Positions 8,851 to 17,757 of a stretch of 32,000 bases of DNA are shown here, one piece after another. Origin of the DNA: Massilicoli timonensis (lineage in GTDB: Bacteria; Bacillota_I; Bacilli_A; Erysipelotrichales; Erysipelotrichaceae); contig NZ_LT963434.1 in assembly GCF_900199515.1 (NCBI RefSeq), positions 423,272-455,271 of the forward strand, read 5' to 3'. A program made the translations under genes and the position numbers. The notes beneath the pieces were generated by a model, which did not search any database, was not told where the DNA came from, and was given only the letters and a program-made list of their open reading frames with translations. How positions within the stretch are numbered: the stretch's first letter is position 1; every line of letters begins with the position of its first letter.

Positions 8851-9167
8851 TATTTATTTTGGAAGACCGCCTGTTCCAACCGGGATAGGCGTTTGATGAT
8901 ATCGACATTGGATGGAGCGGCAGACGTTTGTGCCTGTACGCTGTTTTTTCCTTCCAGTTCCACGATCTTGGCCTTTAAGGATGCCAGCTGATCTTCATAT
9001 TCACGCAGATGATCGCCTAACTCTTTGATCATCGCGTCATATTCCTGATAGTCTTCGATCACCTGATCTAAAAATGCGTCTACCTCATGCGCCGCATAGC
9101 CCTTAAAATCTACATGAAACTGCTTGTTCAGCACATCTTCTACCCGTAAATGAAATCTCTTCTCCAT
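8850..9167 (-). CDS. gpsB: Cell-cycle protein GpsB (DivIVA-domain protein)
   Basis: It has a DivIVA N-domain (FHVDFKGYAAHEVDAFLDQVIEDY). The C-terminus NVDIIKRLSRLEQAVF matches GpsB NFDILKRLSNLEKHVF. I place the start at the internal ATG (MEKRF), which has a GGAAGGTGA RBS. Confidence 0.8.
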   Translation of the reverse strand: MEKRFHLRVEDVLNKQFHVDFKGYAAHEVDAFLDQVIEDYQEYDAMIKELGDHLREYEDQLASLKAKIVELEGKNSVQAQTSAAPSNVDIIKRLSRLEQAVFQNK

Positions 9168-9301
9168 AAAACTCGTCACCTTCCTTTTATAGTTTCTCAA
9201 AAAAACGAAGAAAAAGCAAGCGCTAATTCGTAAATCTGTCTTTTGCGCACGCGAGCGCATCGCAGGTTATTTCAGCTGAGGCGATCAAGCATTTCCTTTT
9301 A

Positions 9302-9330
9302 TTGAATTTGCCTTGGAAACATGATAAAAT
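9302..9330 (+). promoter_or_regulatory. Sigma-A promoter for recU-ponA
   Basis: TTGAAT-17 nt-TAAAAT with a TG extension (TGaTAAAAT), about 18 nt upstream of the recU start. Confidence 0.55.
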
Positions 9331-9347
9331 GCCTCTAGGTGATGTTT

Positions 9348-9953
9348 ATGATCAAATATCCCAACGGGATGAAAAAACAGACATCGGATGCGTCCCCTGT
9401 GCTTACCCGCTATGGCGGCAGAGGTGCTTCGCTGGAAGATGATCTGAACCGTTCCAATGAATATTATCGGGAATGTGACATCGCACTGATCTATAAAAAG
9501 CCTACGCCGATCCAGGTCGTGAGAGTGGATTATCCAAACCGCGCGCACGCGAAAATCATCGAAGCCTATTACCGGACGCCGAGCACAACGGATTATAACG
9601 GCATCTATCAGGGAAAAGCAATCGATTTCGAGGCCAAGGAAACGATCAATAAGACGATGTTCCCATTCAAATATATTCACGCCCATCAGATCGAGCATTT
9701 GCGCAAAGTGATCAAACACGGCGGCATTGCCTTTCTGATCATTCGTTTCAGCGCACACGCCCAGACCTATCTGGTTCCCGCCGAGGAAATCCTGTCGCGC
9801 TATGATGCAAAGCAAAAATCTATTTCGTATCGCGATGTGTGCAGCTGCGGACAGCTGATCCGGGAAGGATTCACACCGCGCCTGCATTATCTGGATGCAG
9901 TAGACGCTATTTATTTTAAGGAGGAGATCCACCATGATGAAAAAGTCAAATAA
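9348..9953 (+). CDS. recU: Holliday junction resolvase RecU
   Basis: The N-terminus MIKYPNG matches B. subtilis MIRYPNG. It also contains RGASLEDDLNRSNEYY and DFEAKET motifs. I place the start at the third ATG of the track ORF, which has an AGGTGA RBS. Confidence 0.9.
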   Translation: MIKYPNGMKKQTSDASPVLTRYGGRGASLEDDLNRSNEYYRECDIALIYKKPTPIQVVRVDYPNRAHAKIIEAYYRTPSTTDYNGIYQGKAIDFEAKETINKTMFPFKYIHAHQIEHLRKVIKHGGIAFLIIRFSAHAQTYLVPAEEILSRYDAKQKSISYRDVCSCGQLIREGFTPRLHYLDAVDAIYFKEEIHHDEKVK

Positions 9954-12561
9954 AGGTGCGGAAACAAACGGACCGCGCCCCCCGAAGCAAAAGCGCAAGA
10001 TCACGGTGCGCAGCGTTGCCAACACCATCGCCATCGTCTTTCTTTCATTGGCGCTGATCGGCTGCGTCAGCGTGTTCTTCATGTTGTCAAGCATCATCTC
10101 CAGCGCGCCTGAAGTTACCATGAATTCCTTAAAGGGAAAAGATTCGACGCAGCTTTACGACGATGCCGGCAATACCTTTTCTTCACTTGGCGAAGAACAA
10201 CGGGAAAGCGTGGATTATGAAGACTTGCCGCAATCGCTCATCGACGCTTTCTTAGCGATCGAGGATTCCCGGTACTTTAAGCACAACGGCTTTGATTTGC
10301 CGCGCTTTATCAGTTCCGGTATCAACAACCTGACCACCGGTTCCTTATCGCAGGGCGGTTCTACCTTGACGATGCAGGCGGTCGATAACGCCGTATTTGC
10401 GGAAATGGACGACAATGTCGGTTCAATGGAGAAGATCAAACGCAAGATCCAGGAAATTTGGCTCAGCATGGAAATCGAAAACGAGCTGTCAAAAAAAGAG
10501 ATCATTGAGCTATACCTTAATAAGATCAATTTCGGCGGACCGGCACGCGGGATCCAGAAAGGAAGCGAATACTATTTCGGAAAAGACGCTTCCCAGTTAA
10601 CACTGAGCGAATCAGCCTTTTTGGCGGGAGTCATCAATGCGCCGAACCTCTATAATCCTTATTCCGGTTATTCGATCGATGAAAACGGTACGGCAACAAA
10701 CTTTTATGAGAATGCCGTCAAACGTCGTGATGAAACGCTGGATATGATGGAATACCACGGCTATATCAGCGAAACCGAATGCGCATTGGCAAAATCGACG
10801 AAGCTCGCGTTTCAGTTAAACGGTTCAAGCGGCTTTGTCAGCAATCCTTATCTCGCCTATATCGATCAGGTGGAAAAGGAAGTAAAAGAGCTGACCGGCA
10901 AAGATATGTACACTACGCCGATGCGCGTCTATACTTCGATGAATCGTGAATTGCAGGAATATTACAGTGAGATGCAAAGCGGCAATCACATCAATTTCCC
11001 GGACGGCGACAGCGATATGCAGTTCGGCAGTGCGCTGTTAAACAACCAGACCGGTGAGATCGTCGCTTTACTAGGCGGACGCGGCGATGCGGTATATGCC
11101 GGCTATCGAAACAACCGTGCCATTGAAAATACCCATCAGCTGGGATCCAGTGTCAAACCGCTCATTGATTATGTGCTCACATTTGAGGATCTCGGCTATG
11201 CGACATCGCATATTTACCATGACGGGCCGCGTAAATTCGGCAATGATCCAAATATCATTCATAATGCCAGCGGTCAGTGGACCGGCGATATTACCACTTC
11301 CGATGCGGTAGGACGCTCGCTCAACGGGCCTGCGATCGAAGCGATGATGGATGTGCTTGACAAGTCGGGACAAGATCGGATCATTCAGCACATGGCGAAT
11401 ATCGGCTATGAGATCCCTGCCGACAGTTTCAATATGAACTATGCCATCGGCGGTGAAGAAATGATCAGTACCCCGTTGCAGCTAGCCGGCGCTTATCAGA
11501 TCTTTGCCAATAAAGGCGTCTATATCGAACCGCATGCGGTGAAAAAAGTAGAACTGATGGATGGATCCGGCGATGTGTATGAAACCGAAGTGAAAGAAAC
11601 AAAGGTCGTCAGTGAAGAAAGCGCTTGGCTCATGTCGCAGCTCTTAAATGAAGCGACGAGCAGCCGTTTCTCCAACCTGTTGCAGATCTTACAGTCCTCT
11701 TATCCGGTTTATGCAAAATCCGGTACTTCCGATTACGGCGAAGACGGACTCGCATACAATATTCCGGCACAGGCGATGAAAGATAAATGGATCGCGGCCT
11801 ATACCAGCGAATACACGATCGCCACATGGGCCGGCTATGACAGCATCGATTATAATCACTATTTCACGGTTTATAAAATGAATGTCAATGTACCGGGTCA
11901 GGTCAATCATCTGATGTTAGACAAAGTAGCGGAAGTATTCGGCACGCCGGCGGCGATCACACGACCAAGCGGTGTTACCCAGATCACGCATGTCAAAGGC
12001 AAATATCCTTACGCATCCGTACCGGAAGGCACACCGAGCGATATGATCACGACCGGCTGGATCAATACAAAATATGCAAAGCTGGAAACTTTAAGCGCCG
12101 ATCCATTAGAAGCGCTGCAGTCTTTCAAGATCGAAGAAACCGATACCGACAATGTGTATAAACTTTCCTTCAGCGCTTATCCGGATGCGGAAAAGCTGAA
12201 ACCGGGCAGTCATACGCAACAGATCGAATTCAGCGGCGGTACGATTACCGGAAACGTCTTCTATGATCCGCGCCTGCTCTATGGTGAAGTTGTTTATAAA
12301 ATAGATATTTCGCAAAACGGCACTGTGCTGAACAGCTATACTTATACAAGCGAAAATGCCGAGCAGACCATTACCGGCACACCTGGTGAAACCTATAATG
12401 TCTGCGGCTACTATTCTTATAAAAATACAAGTGAAGGCAAGAGCAATGAAATCTGCTATAAGGTAACCTTGCCGAAAACAAGTGATCCGGGTGAAGAAGA
12501 AACACCGAGCAATCCGGATCAGACGCTGCCGCCGACAAATAATACAGATGACGACGATTGA
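9934..12561 (+). CDS. ponA: Class A penicillin-binding protein PBP1A (glycosyltransferase + transpeptidase)
   Basis: GT51 motifs are AIEDSRYFKHNGFD, GGSTLTMQ and RKIQEIW. Transpeptidase motifs are SSVKP (SxxK), SLN (SxN) and KSGT. There is an N-terminal TM anchor and an acidic C-terminal tail ending in DDDD. The gene overlaps the recU end by 20 nt, as in the Bacillus recU-ponA operon. Confidence 0.92.
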   Translation: MMKKSNKGAETNGPRPPKQKRKITVRSVANTIAIVFLSLALIGCVSVFFMLSSIISSAPEVTMNSLKGKDSTQLYDDAGNTFSSLGEEQRESVDYEDLPQSLIDAFLAIEDSRYFKHNGFDLPRFISSGINNLTTGSLSQGGSTLTMQAVDNAVFAEMDDNVGSMEKIKRKIQEIWLSMEIENELSKKEIIELYLNKINFGGPARGIQKGSEYYFGKDASQLTLSESAFLAGVINAPNLYNPYSGYSIDENGTATNFYENAVKRRDETLDMMEYHGYISETECALAKSTKLAFQLNGSSGFVSNPYLAYIDQVEKEVKELTGKDMYTTPMRVYTSMNRELQEYYSEMQSGNHINFPDGDSDMQFGSALLNNQTGEIVALLGGRGDAVYAGYRNNRAIENTHQLGSSVKPLIDYVLTFEDLGYATSHIYHDGPRKFGNDPNIIHNASGQWTGDITTSDAVGRSLNGPAIEAMMDVLDKSGQDRIIQHMANIGYEIPADSFNMNYAIGGEEMISTPLQLAGAYQIFANKGVYIEPHAVKKVELMDGSGDVYETEVKETKVVSEESAWLMSQLLNEATSSRFSNLLQILQSSYPVYAKSGTSDYGEDGLAYNIPAQAMKDKWIAAYTSEYTIATWAGYDSIDYNHYFTVYKMNVNVPGQVNHLMLDKVAEVFGTPAAITRPSGVTQITHVKGKYPYASVPEGTPSDMITTGWINTKYAKLETLSADPLEALQSFKIEETDTDNVYKLSFSAYPDAEKLKPGSHTQQIEFSGGTITGNVFYDPRLLYGEVVYKIDISQNGTVLNSYTYTSENAEQTITGTPGETYNVCGYYSYKNTSEGKSNEICYKVTLPKTSDPGEEETPSNPDQTLPPTNNTDDDD

Positions 12562-12586
12562 CATACAGCGATCACTTATTACAGAC

Positions 12587-12626
12587 AAAGCGATGACCTT
12601 GTTTCATGAGGCCATCGCTTTTTATT
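12587..12626. terminator. Bidirectional intrinsic terminator between convergent ponA and nth
   Basis: AAAGCGATGaCC-loop-GGcCATCGCTTT followed by TTTT on the plus strand, with an A-run on the other side. Confidence 0.75.
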
Positions 12627-12678
12627 GCCGATCTGACATGATCTAATGCTTCATACTGCCCACCAAAAAAGCAGCGTC

Positions 12679-13326
12679 TCATTGAGCATGCTGCTTTCGA
12701 TATGCTTCCAGTTTTTCCTTTTTACAGATCGCGACAAACGGACAGCCTTCACAATGTGGATTTCGTGCTGTGCAATAATAGCGCCCAAAAAAGATAAACA
12801 AGTGATGCGCCCGGTTCCAGCGTTCTCTTTTGATCTTACGCTTACACTTGTTCTCCACCGTTTCCACATCATCCTGCACCTTTGCAAGTCCCAAACGCTT
12901 GGAAATGCGCGCGACATGCGTATCCACTGCAAATGCGGGAATATCAAAAGCAACGCTGCGCACCACATTGGCTGTCTTCCTGCCGACTCCCGCCAAAGAA
13001 GTCAGATCCTTCATGCTGATTGGCACCTGTCCATCAAACTGCTCTACCAGACTTTCGGCAAGCGCATGAATATTGCGCGCTTTGCTGCGATAAAGACCGA
13101 TCCGCTTGATATAGCGCTCGATATCCGAAACATTTGCATTCGCTAAAGCAAATGCATCCGGATAAGCCGCAAACAACGCCGGCGTTACTTGATTGACCGC
13201 CGCATCCGTCGTCTGTGCCGACAATACGACCGCAACGAGCAGCTGAAAGGGATCCTGATGCAGCAGTTCACAATGTGCCTGTGGAAACATCCCCTCTAAA
13301 ATATCTAAAATTTCATCACTCGTCAT
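12679..13326 (-). CDS. nth: Endonuclease III
   Basis: It has an HhH-GPD fold (LTSLAGVGRKTANVV), the catalytic D in VDTHV, and a C-terminal 4Fe-4S cluster loop CxxxxxxCxxCxxxxxC (CTARNPHCEGCPFVAIC). Confidence 0.93.
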   Translation of the reverse strand: MTSDEILDILEGMFPQAHCELLHQDPFQLLVAVVLSAQTTDAAVNQVTPALFAAYPDAFALANANVSDIERYIKRIGLYRSKARNIHALAESLVEQFDGQVPISMKDLTSLAGVGRKTANVVRSVAFDIPAFAVDTHVARISKRLGLAKVQDDVETVENKCKRKIKRERWNRAHHLFIFFGRYYCTARNPHCEGCPFVAICKKEKLEAYRKQHAQ

Positions 13327-13332
13327 CCCTCA

Positions 13333-13860
13333 TCATCCTTCCATCAATGACGACGCCTGCTTTCCTTCCGCTTTCCAGTTCATCAAAATGCGGTTGATGT
13401 AATCAAAGCTCGTCTTTCCCTGAATCAGCGCTTCTCTTAGCGCCAATACGATCAGTTCTTCATCATACAGATGCAGCCACTCGCTTAGCCGTTCCATTTC
13501 CCTTTGCGAGATCGGACGCGCAAATTCTTTTTCAAATAAAGCAAAAAGATTTTCATGAAACAGCAGCGTTTCCGGTTTGCTCTCTTCCAGCACCCCGTCG
13601 ATATCAAAGGCGATGCGATTGCCGTTATAGCCAAAATGCAGGTATCCTTTATCCTGCAAAGCACTCAGCAGTTCATCCACCTGTTCCAGCGGCAGTTTCA
13701 ATTTTTCCGCTAATCGCTCATGACTGATCGAAATCTGATACTGATTAAAAAAATCGATCAAGATCAGACACAACGCTTCTTTCGTATTCAGATCGCGTTC
13801 TTCTAAATGATCTAAAATAAAATCTCTGCGATTTACACAGCGTTCTTGCCACCAGTTCAT
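13333..13860 (-). CDS. dnaD: DnaD-domain replication initiation/membrane attachment protein
   Basis: It has the C-terminal DnaB_2/DnaD repeat (SQREMERLSEWL...SFDYINRILMNWKAEG). Its position upstream of nth matches Bacillus. At 175 aa it is shorter than B. subtilis DnaD. Confidence 0.7.
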   Translation of the reverse strand: MNWWQERCVNRRDFILDHLEERDLNTKEALCLILIDFFNQYQISISHERLAEKLKLPLEQVDELLSALQDKGYLHFGYNGNRIAFDIDGVLEESKPETLLFHENLFALFEKEFARPISQREMERLSEWLHLYDEELIVLALREALIQGKTSFDYINRILMNWKAEGKQASSLMEG

Positions 13861-14315
13861 ACTTCCGCCTCCAATCTGCCTACTTCTTCAAGCGTATCTA
13901 AATCAAGATAAATTTCCTGACTACCTTTCCCGTGAATGACATAAACGGCATTCTCATAGCCATAGCCAAGGGTGATCTTTGCATCCGCAATCTGATAATC
14001 CTGCTGCGCGATCGCTTTAACTTCCTCAAACCGCAGTTCACGTTTGGTTTTGTGCATGAGCAGATCGCCGTTGGCATCAAAAAAATAATAGCTGTTCGCC
14101 GCTTCACCAACATAAACGACATAACGAAAACTATGACGTTCAAAGGTATTGATGTATTTATAGCGTTCGCGGATCACATCGGTGATCGCCGCTTCCCTGC
14201 TTTCCTGCTTGCGCATCGGACCGCTGATAAAGATCGCGATCTCAAACAGGATCACCGCAAGCAAAAGCAAAAGCAAAACGCCGCTTACCAATACGTTTCT
14301 GCCCGATAATTTCAT
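13857..14315 (-). CDS. TseB/YpmB-like PepSY-type membrane-anchored protein
   Basis: It has a single N-terminal TM helix and then a PepSY-like domain. The neighbourhood (upstream of dnaD-nth) matches ypmB/tseB in Bacillus. I place the start at the internal ATG (MKLSGR), which has a GGGAG RBS. A 4-nt ATGA overlap joins it to dnaD. The family assignment is from memory. Confidence 0.5.
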   Translation of the reverse strand: MKLSGRNVLVSGVLLLLLLAVILFEIAIFISGPMRKQESREAAITDVIRERYKYINTFERHSFRYVVYVGEAANSYYFFDANGDLLMHKTKRELRFEEVKAIAQQDYQIADAKITLGYGYENAVYVIHGKGSQEIYLDLDTLEEVGRLEAEV

Positions 14316-14372
14316 GTCATCACTCCCGGCTTCTATTTTACAACAATCCCTATAAAAACGCAAAGAAATCCC

Positions 14373-14894
14373 TTAGTCCAAAAAACGTCGTTTCAGCACA
14401 TGTGCAAAACCGGCAAACGCCGCGATCAAAAGCAAAGCGATCAAAAACAAGAACGGATGGTTTTGCATTTGCAGAAACGATACGCCGAATGTCGCAAATA
14501 AAAAACCGACAAACCCTCTTGCACAAATGCTCAGCAGTAAAAAGCATTGCCATGAAACTGATGACAAAGCAAATAAAGCAGTGATCAAAAACGTCGGTAA
14601 AAACGGTACAAATGACAGCACCACAAGCAATCCAAGCGAGCCATGGTAACCAAAACGCCGATCAAAGGAAAGATGCTTTGATAAAAAGCGAAGCAATAAG
14701 AACAGGCAGAAAGAACCGCTTGCCATACCCAGCCAAACGTAAAAAAAGCCGGCAGCTCCATAAAGCGCCACCACCAGCATGACCAAAGCAACTAGCGGCA
14801 ACATCGGCACAAACGCTTCCAAAAAGATGATTCCGACGGCGCCGATCCAGCCCAGTGCCAAAAACATCGAAATCCATTCGCTCATCCACTCCAT
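14373..14894 (-). CDS. DedA/VTT (TVP38/TMEM64)-like integral membrane protein
   Basis: It is very hydrophobic with about 5 TM segments, and its N-terminal IIFLEAFVPMLPLV resembles the VTT-domain signature. The function is uncertain. Confidence 0.5.
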   Translation of the reverse strand: MEWMSEWISMFLALGWIGAVGIIFLEAFVPMLPLVALVMLVVALYGAAGFFYVWLGMASGSFCLFLLLRFLSKHLSFDRRFGYHGSLGLLVVLSFVPFLPTFLITALFALSSVSWQCFLLLSICARGFVGFLFATFGVSFLQMQNHPFLFLIALLLIAAFAGFAHVLKRRFLD

Positions 14895-14934
14895 CTCTGC
14901 ACTTCCCCTTTATCACTATATGAAAAAGATACAG

Positions 14935-14967
14935 AAAAAAACCACCGACAGATGAACACTGTGATGG
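14935..14967 (-). terminator. Probable intrinsic terminator downstream of mtnN
   Basis: The minus strand has an imperfect hairpin CCATCACAG-loop-CTGTCGGTGG followed by T7. Confidence 0.45.
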
Positions 14968-15016
14968 CAAAAACGTTTTTTCTAACACCATTGATCGTGA
15001 AGATCAGCAGACAAGC

Positions 15017-15694
15017 TTAAAGCTGAGCGACGATCGCTTCACAAAAGGCCGCGCTGCGTTTGCTTGCCTGTTCCACATATACCGGAAAATCCATATGGGA
15101 ATCCGGATTTGCCGCGACGTCGGATAAAGAACGGATCACGACAAAAGGAATTTGATAATGTGCGGCCACCTGTGCGATCGCACCGGCTTCCATCTCCGCA
15201 CACATCGCTTGCGGATATGCCTGCAATAAGCTTTGTAGGCAGTCTTTCCCCGCCACAAACCGATCACCGCTGGCTACCTGCCCGACCCATGTTTGATAAG
15301 CGCCTGAAGCAATCGCTTCCTCACATAAAGCGACCAAATGTGCGTCAGCGTTGAAATAAAGCCCTTTCCCGCTTTCTCCATCGATCGCAGTCGTATCGAA
15401 ATCATGCTGGACCACCTGTTTGGAAATCACCACATCCAGCACCTGCTGTGCTTCATGCAGTCCCCCGGCAGTACCGATATTGATGATCGCAGAGATCGGA
15501 AAATGTTCCAGCAGGATCGTTGTCGCCATGGCCGCTTCTCCCTTCCCGACACCGCTTTTCATCAAGATCACCTCGTGATCGGCTAAAATACCGCTGCTGA
15601 TCGATACCTTGCTGATCGTTTTTCTTTCAACACTGCGCATGCGCTGCCGCAGCGCCTCTACTTCTTGTTCCATTGCCCCGATAATTGCGATCAT
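15017..15694 (-). CDS. mtnN: 5'-methylthioadenosine/S-adenosylhomocysteine nucleosidase
   Basis: It starts MIAIIGAMEQEVEAL and contains GVGKGEAA and EMEAGAIAQV motifs. Confidence 0.92.
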   Translation of the reverse strand: MIAIIGAMEQEVEALRQRMRSVERKTISKVSISSGILADHEVILMKSGVGKGEAAMATTILLEHFPISAIINIGTAGGLHEAQQVLDVVISKQVVQHDFDTTAIDGESGKGLYFNADAHLVALCEEAIASGAYQTWVGQVASGDRFVAGKDCLQSLLQAYPQAMCAEMEAGAIAQVAAHYQIPFVVIRSLSDVAANPDSHMDFPVYVEQASKRSAAFCEAIVAQL

Positions 15695-16399
15695 AGAATC
15701 TCCTTTCCGGCTATGAAGAAATACTTTTCTCCGTCCTTTTCCATCGGCTGATCAAAATCGGTCAAGATCATGACCGTAAAGCCGCACTGTTCCAGCTGTT
15801 CCCTCAGCCAATCCACCGCATATACCCGTTGCATATGCTGCTCCGTTATCTGTCTGCCATCCGGCAAATAAAAGATAAAATTTTGACAATAAACGATCCG
15901 CTTCACTTTGAATGCTCCAAACATAGCCGACATCCTCCAAATAATCTTCTTCCAGATATTCCTGCGCAAATTCATCCAGACGCGATTGCGTATGCACATC
16001 AAATAAAAATACCCCCTGCGTTGTTAATGCATCATACACCGCCTGAAACAACTTTCGCACTTCATCTTCATGAAGCAGATAATTCAAACTGTCGCAATAA
16101 CAGGTAACGACATCATAGGCTTCATGATCATGCAGATCACGCATATCACCGATCTCAAATCGCACCTGTTTTTTCTTGTCCTTGGCTTTGGCGCATGCGA
16201 TCATTTCCTTTGAAAAATCGATTCCGCGCACCCTAAAGCCTTCTTTTGCCAAAGCGATGCTCACATCGCCGCTCCCACATGCCAGATCCAACACCTTACT
16301 TCCGTGGGCATAAGCTTTTGTAAATGCCACCCAGCGTTGACACGCTTCTATATCGCCAACCAGCGCATCATAATAAGGCGCCAATACATCATAGATCAT
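15691..16399 (-). pseudogene. yqeM: YqeM-like class I SAM-dependent methyltransferase, interrupted by a +1 frame break
   Basis: Track ORF 15752-16399 carries the N-terminus and SAM motif I (VLDLACGSGD), then degenerates into GWQTDNGAAYATGICGG... Track ORF 15691-16002, in the +1 frame, carries the family-typical C-terminus (LPDGRQITEQHMQRVY...LEQCGFTV...TDFD...KYFFIAGK). That ORF ends in an ATGA overlap with the mtnN start. Joined, the two give about 235 aa, close to the roughly 247 aa I recall for B. subtilis YqeM. Confidence 0.75.
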
Positions 16400-16733
16400 A
16401 ATGGATCATCGGAATATCACAATACAGCTTTTCCAGCTGATAGACATCCCGCTCCTCATCTAAAAATACATGCACGACCACATCTTTCGCATCTACCAAG
16501 ACCCAGCGGGACTGCGCATCGCCCTCCACATGCGATAAGGTGAATCCATGCTCCTTGATCGCATCGACGACATTGTGGGCAATCGCATGCACCTGTCTCA
16601 AATTGCCGGCTGAGGCAATGACCGCATTGGAAACAAAAGGCGAAACCTGTCCCATATCATAAACGAGGATATTTTCTCCCTTTTTTTCACTGATCGCATG
16701 AACGATCACTTCTAATATGCTTTGTTCTTTCAT
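16389..16733 (-). CDS. rsfS: Ribosomal silencing factor RsfS
   Basis: It is an Oligomerisation_RsfS-type sequence (KKGENILVYDM..., WVLVDAKDVVVHVF, ERDVYQLEKLY). Its position after nadD/yqeK matches Bacillus yqeL. Confidence 0.9.
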   Translation of the reverse strand: MKEQSILEVIVHAISEKKGENILVYDMGQVSPFVSNAVIASAGNLRQVHAIAHNVVDAIKEHGFTLSHVEGDAQSRWVLVDAKDVVVHVFLDEERDVYQLEKLYCDIPMIHYDL

Positions 16734-17755
16734 TCAATCACCTGTTCCTTTTTCAGATACGCCTGCTGCTGCGCTTTTACCGTGCGAAATCCTTTATCAA
16801 GATCCTGCTTGCAAAGAGCGATCGCCGCACTGGAATCATATGGACGAAGCGGATCCAGCTTATCACATACATACAGCAGCTTTGCATAGACGCCGGTTCC
16901 CTTTCCCAGTACATGATGATAGATCGCCGATAAGATGTCATGATCATAGACCCCGTATTTTGTTTCCACAAAATGTGCGCCGATATAGCCATGCCAGATC
17001 GCCGGTGCCTGATGCATGAACTGTGGATGATAGCGCATCATCCAGCGTTTGCTTTCCTCATACGGCATCTCCTTGCATACATCATGCAACATGCCGCACA
17101 TCCACGCTTTATGCACATCCAAATGATGACAAGCCGCGATTTCCTGTGCCAGCTTTGCCACACTGACACTGTGCCGATACCGTTTTTCACTCATACAGGA
17201 TCGCACCCACTGCTCCAGATATAACCCTTTTGCGGCAATGATTCGTTTAACGCCCTTCGCTGCCAAGGAAAATGCCCCCATGCGCACCTGTGTCGAAGAA
17301 ATCGGCATGATCTTCATCGGAATAAGATGCAGCGGATAAGGACAATCGATCGCTTCCTCACTGCGGGTAAACACATAAAAGGAAACCAGCTTGACCAATT
17401 CCGCACTGTCCTTCCATTTGACAAGCGACTGCGCCTGATCACTGCCGATCAGATAACAAAAATGCACCTGAGGATAGCGCTTCATCAGTTCCTTCAGCGT
17501 ATCGATCGTATAAGAAATCCCTGCCAAAGATGCTTCGATCGTACTTACTTTGATATGGCGATATGGCTTTATCGCCGCTTTCAGCATCGCCACCCGCTCC
17601 GCATAAGAAGCGCTCGCCTGTGTTTTCCATGGATTTTGATAAGTCGGGATCATCCAGACTTCATCTGCTACCTGTTTGCGCAGCGCGGTCTTCGCCACCT
17701 CTATATGTGCGGCGTGCACCGGATCAAAGCTGCCGCCATATAATGCGATCTTCAT
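16730..17755 (-). CDS. nadD: Fused nicotinate-nucleotide adenylyltransferase (NadD) and HD-domain Ap4A hydrolase (YqeK)
   Basis: Residues 1 to about 190 carry the GGSFDPVHAAH (T/H)xGH-type motif and ISSTQVR. Residues from about 195 to 341 carry HD-domain motifs (RYRHSVSV, MLHDVCKE, HGYIGA, VCDKLDP). The whole is a single uninterrupted ORF. Confidence 0.88.
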   Translation of the reverse strand: MKIALYGGSFDPVHAAHIEVAKTALRKQVADEVWMIPTYQNPWKTQASASYAERVAMLKAAIKPYRHIKVSTIEASLAGISYTIDTLKELMKRYPQVHFCYLIGSDQAQSLVKWKDSAELVKLVSFYVFTRSEEAIDCPYPLHLIPMKIMPISSTQVRMGAFSLAAKGVKRIIAAKGLYLEQWVRSCMSEKRYRHSVSVAKLAQEIAACHHLDVHKAWMCGMLHDVCKEMPYEESKRWMMRYHPQFMHQAPAIWHGYIGAHFVETKYGVYDHDILSAIYHHVLGKGTGVYAKLLYVCDKLDPLRPYDSSAAIALCKQDLDKGFRTVKAQQQAYLKKEQVIE

Positions 17756-17757
17756 CT

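Noticed and set aside
8234-8888. Three overlapping plus-strand ORFs (8234-8575, 8550-8888, 8611-8838)
   Set aside because: The region is the RNase P RNA gene on the minus strand. The ORFs are open only by chance in structured RNA sequence.
9285-10121. 278-aa minus-strand ORF, the longest unexplained ORF in the track
   Set aside because: It lies entirely antisense to recU and the ponA 5' end, which are both confidently identified. It has no RBS and a low-complexity, Arg/Phe/Ile-rich composition typical of antisense shadows.
15691-16002. 103-aa ORF as an independent gene
   Set aside because: Its first roughly 45 residues are nonsense overlapping the yqeM-like N-terminal ORF. Only its C-terminal part is family-like, so it is interpreted as the displaced C-terminus of a frame-broken gene.
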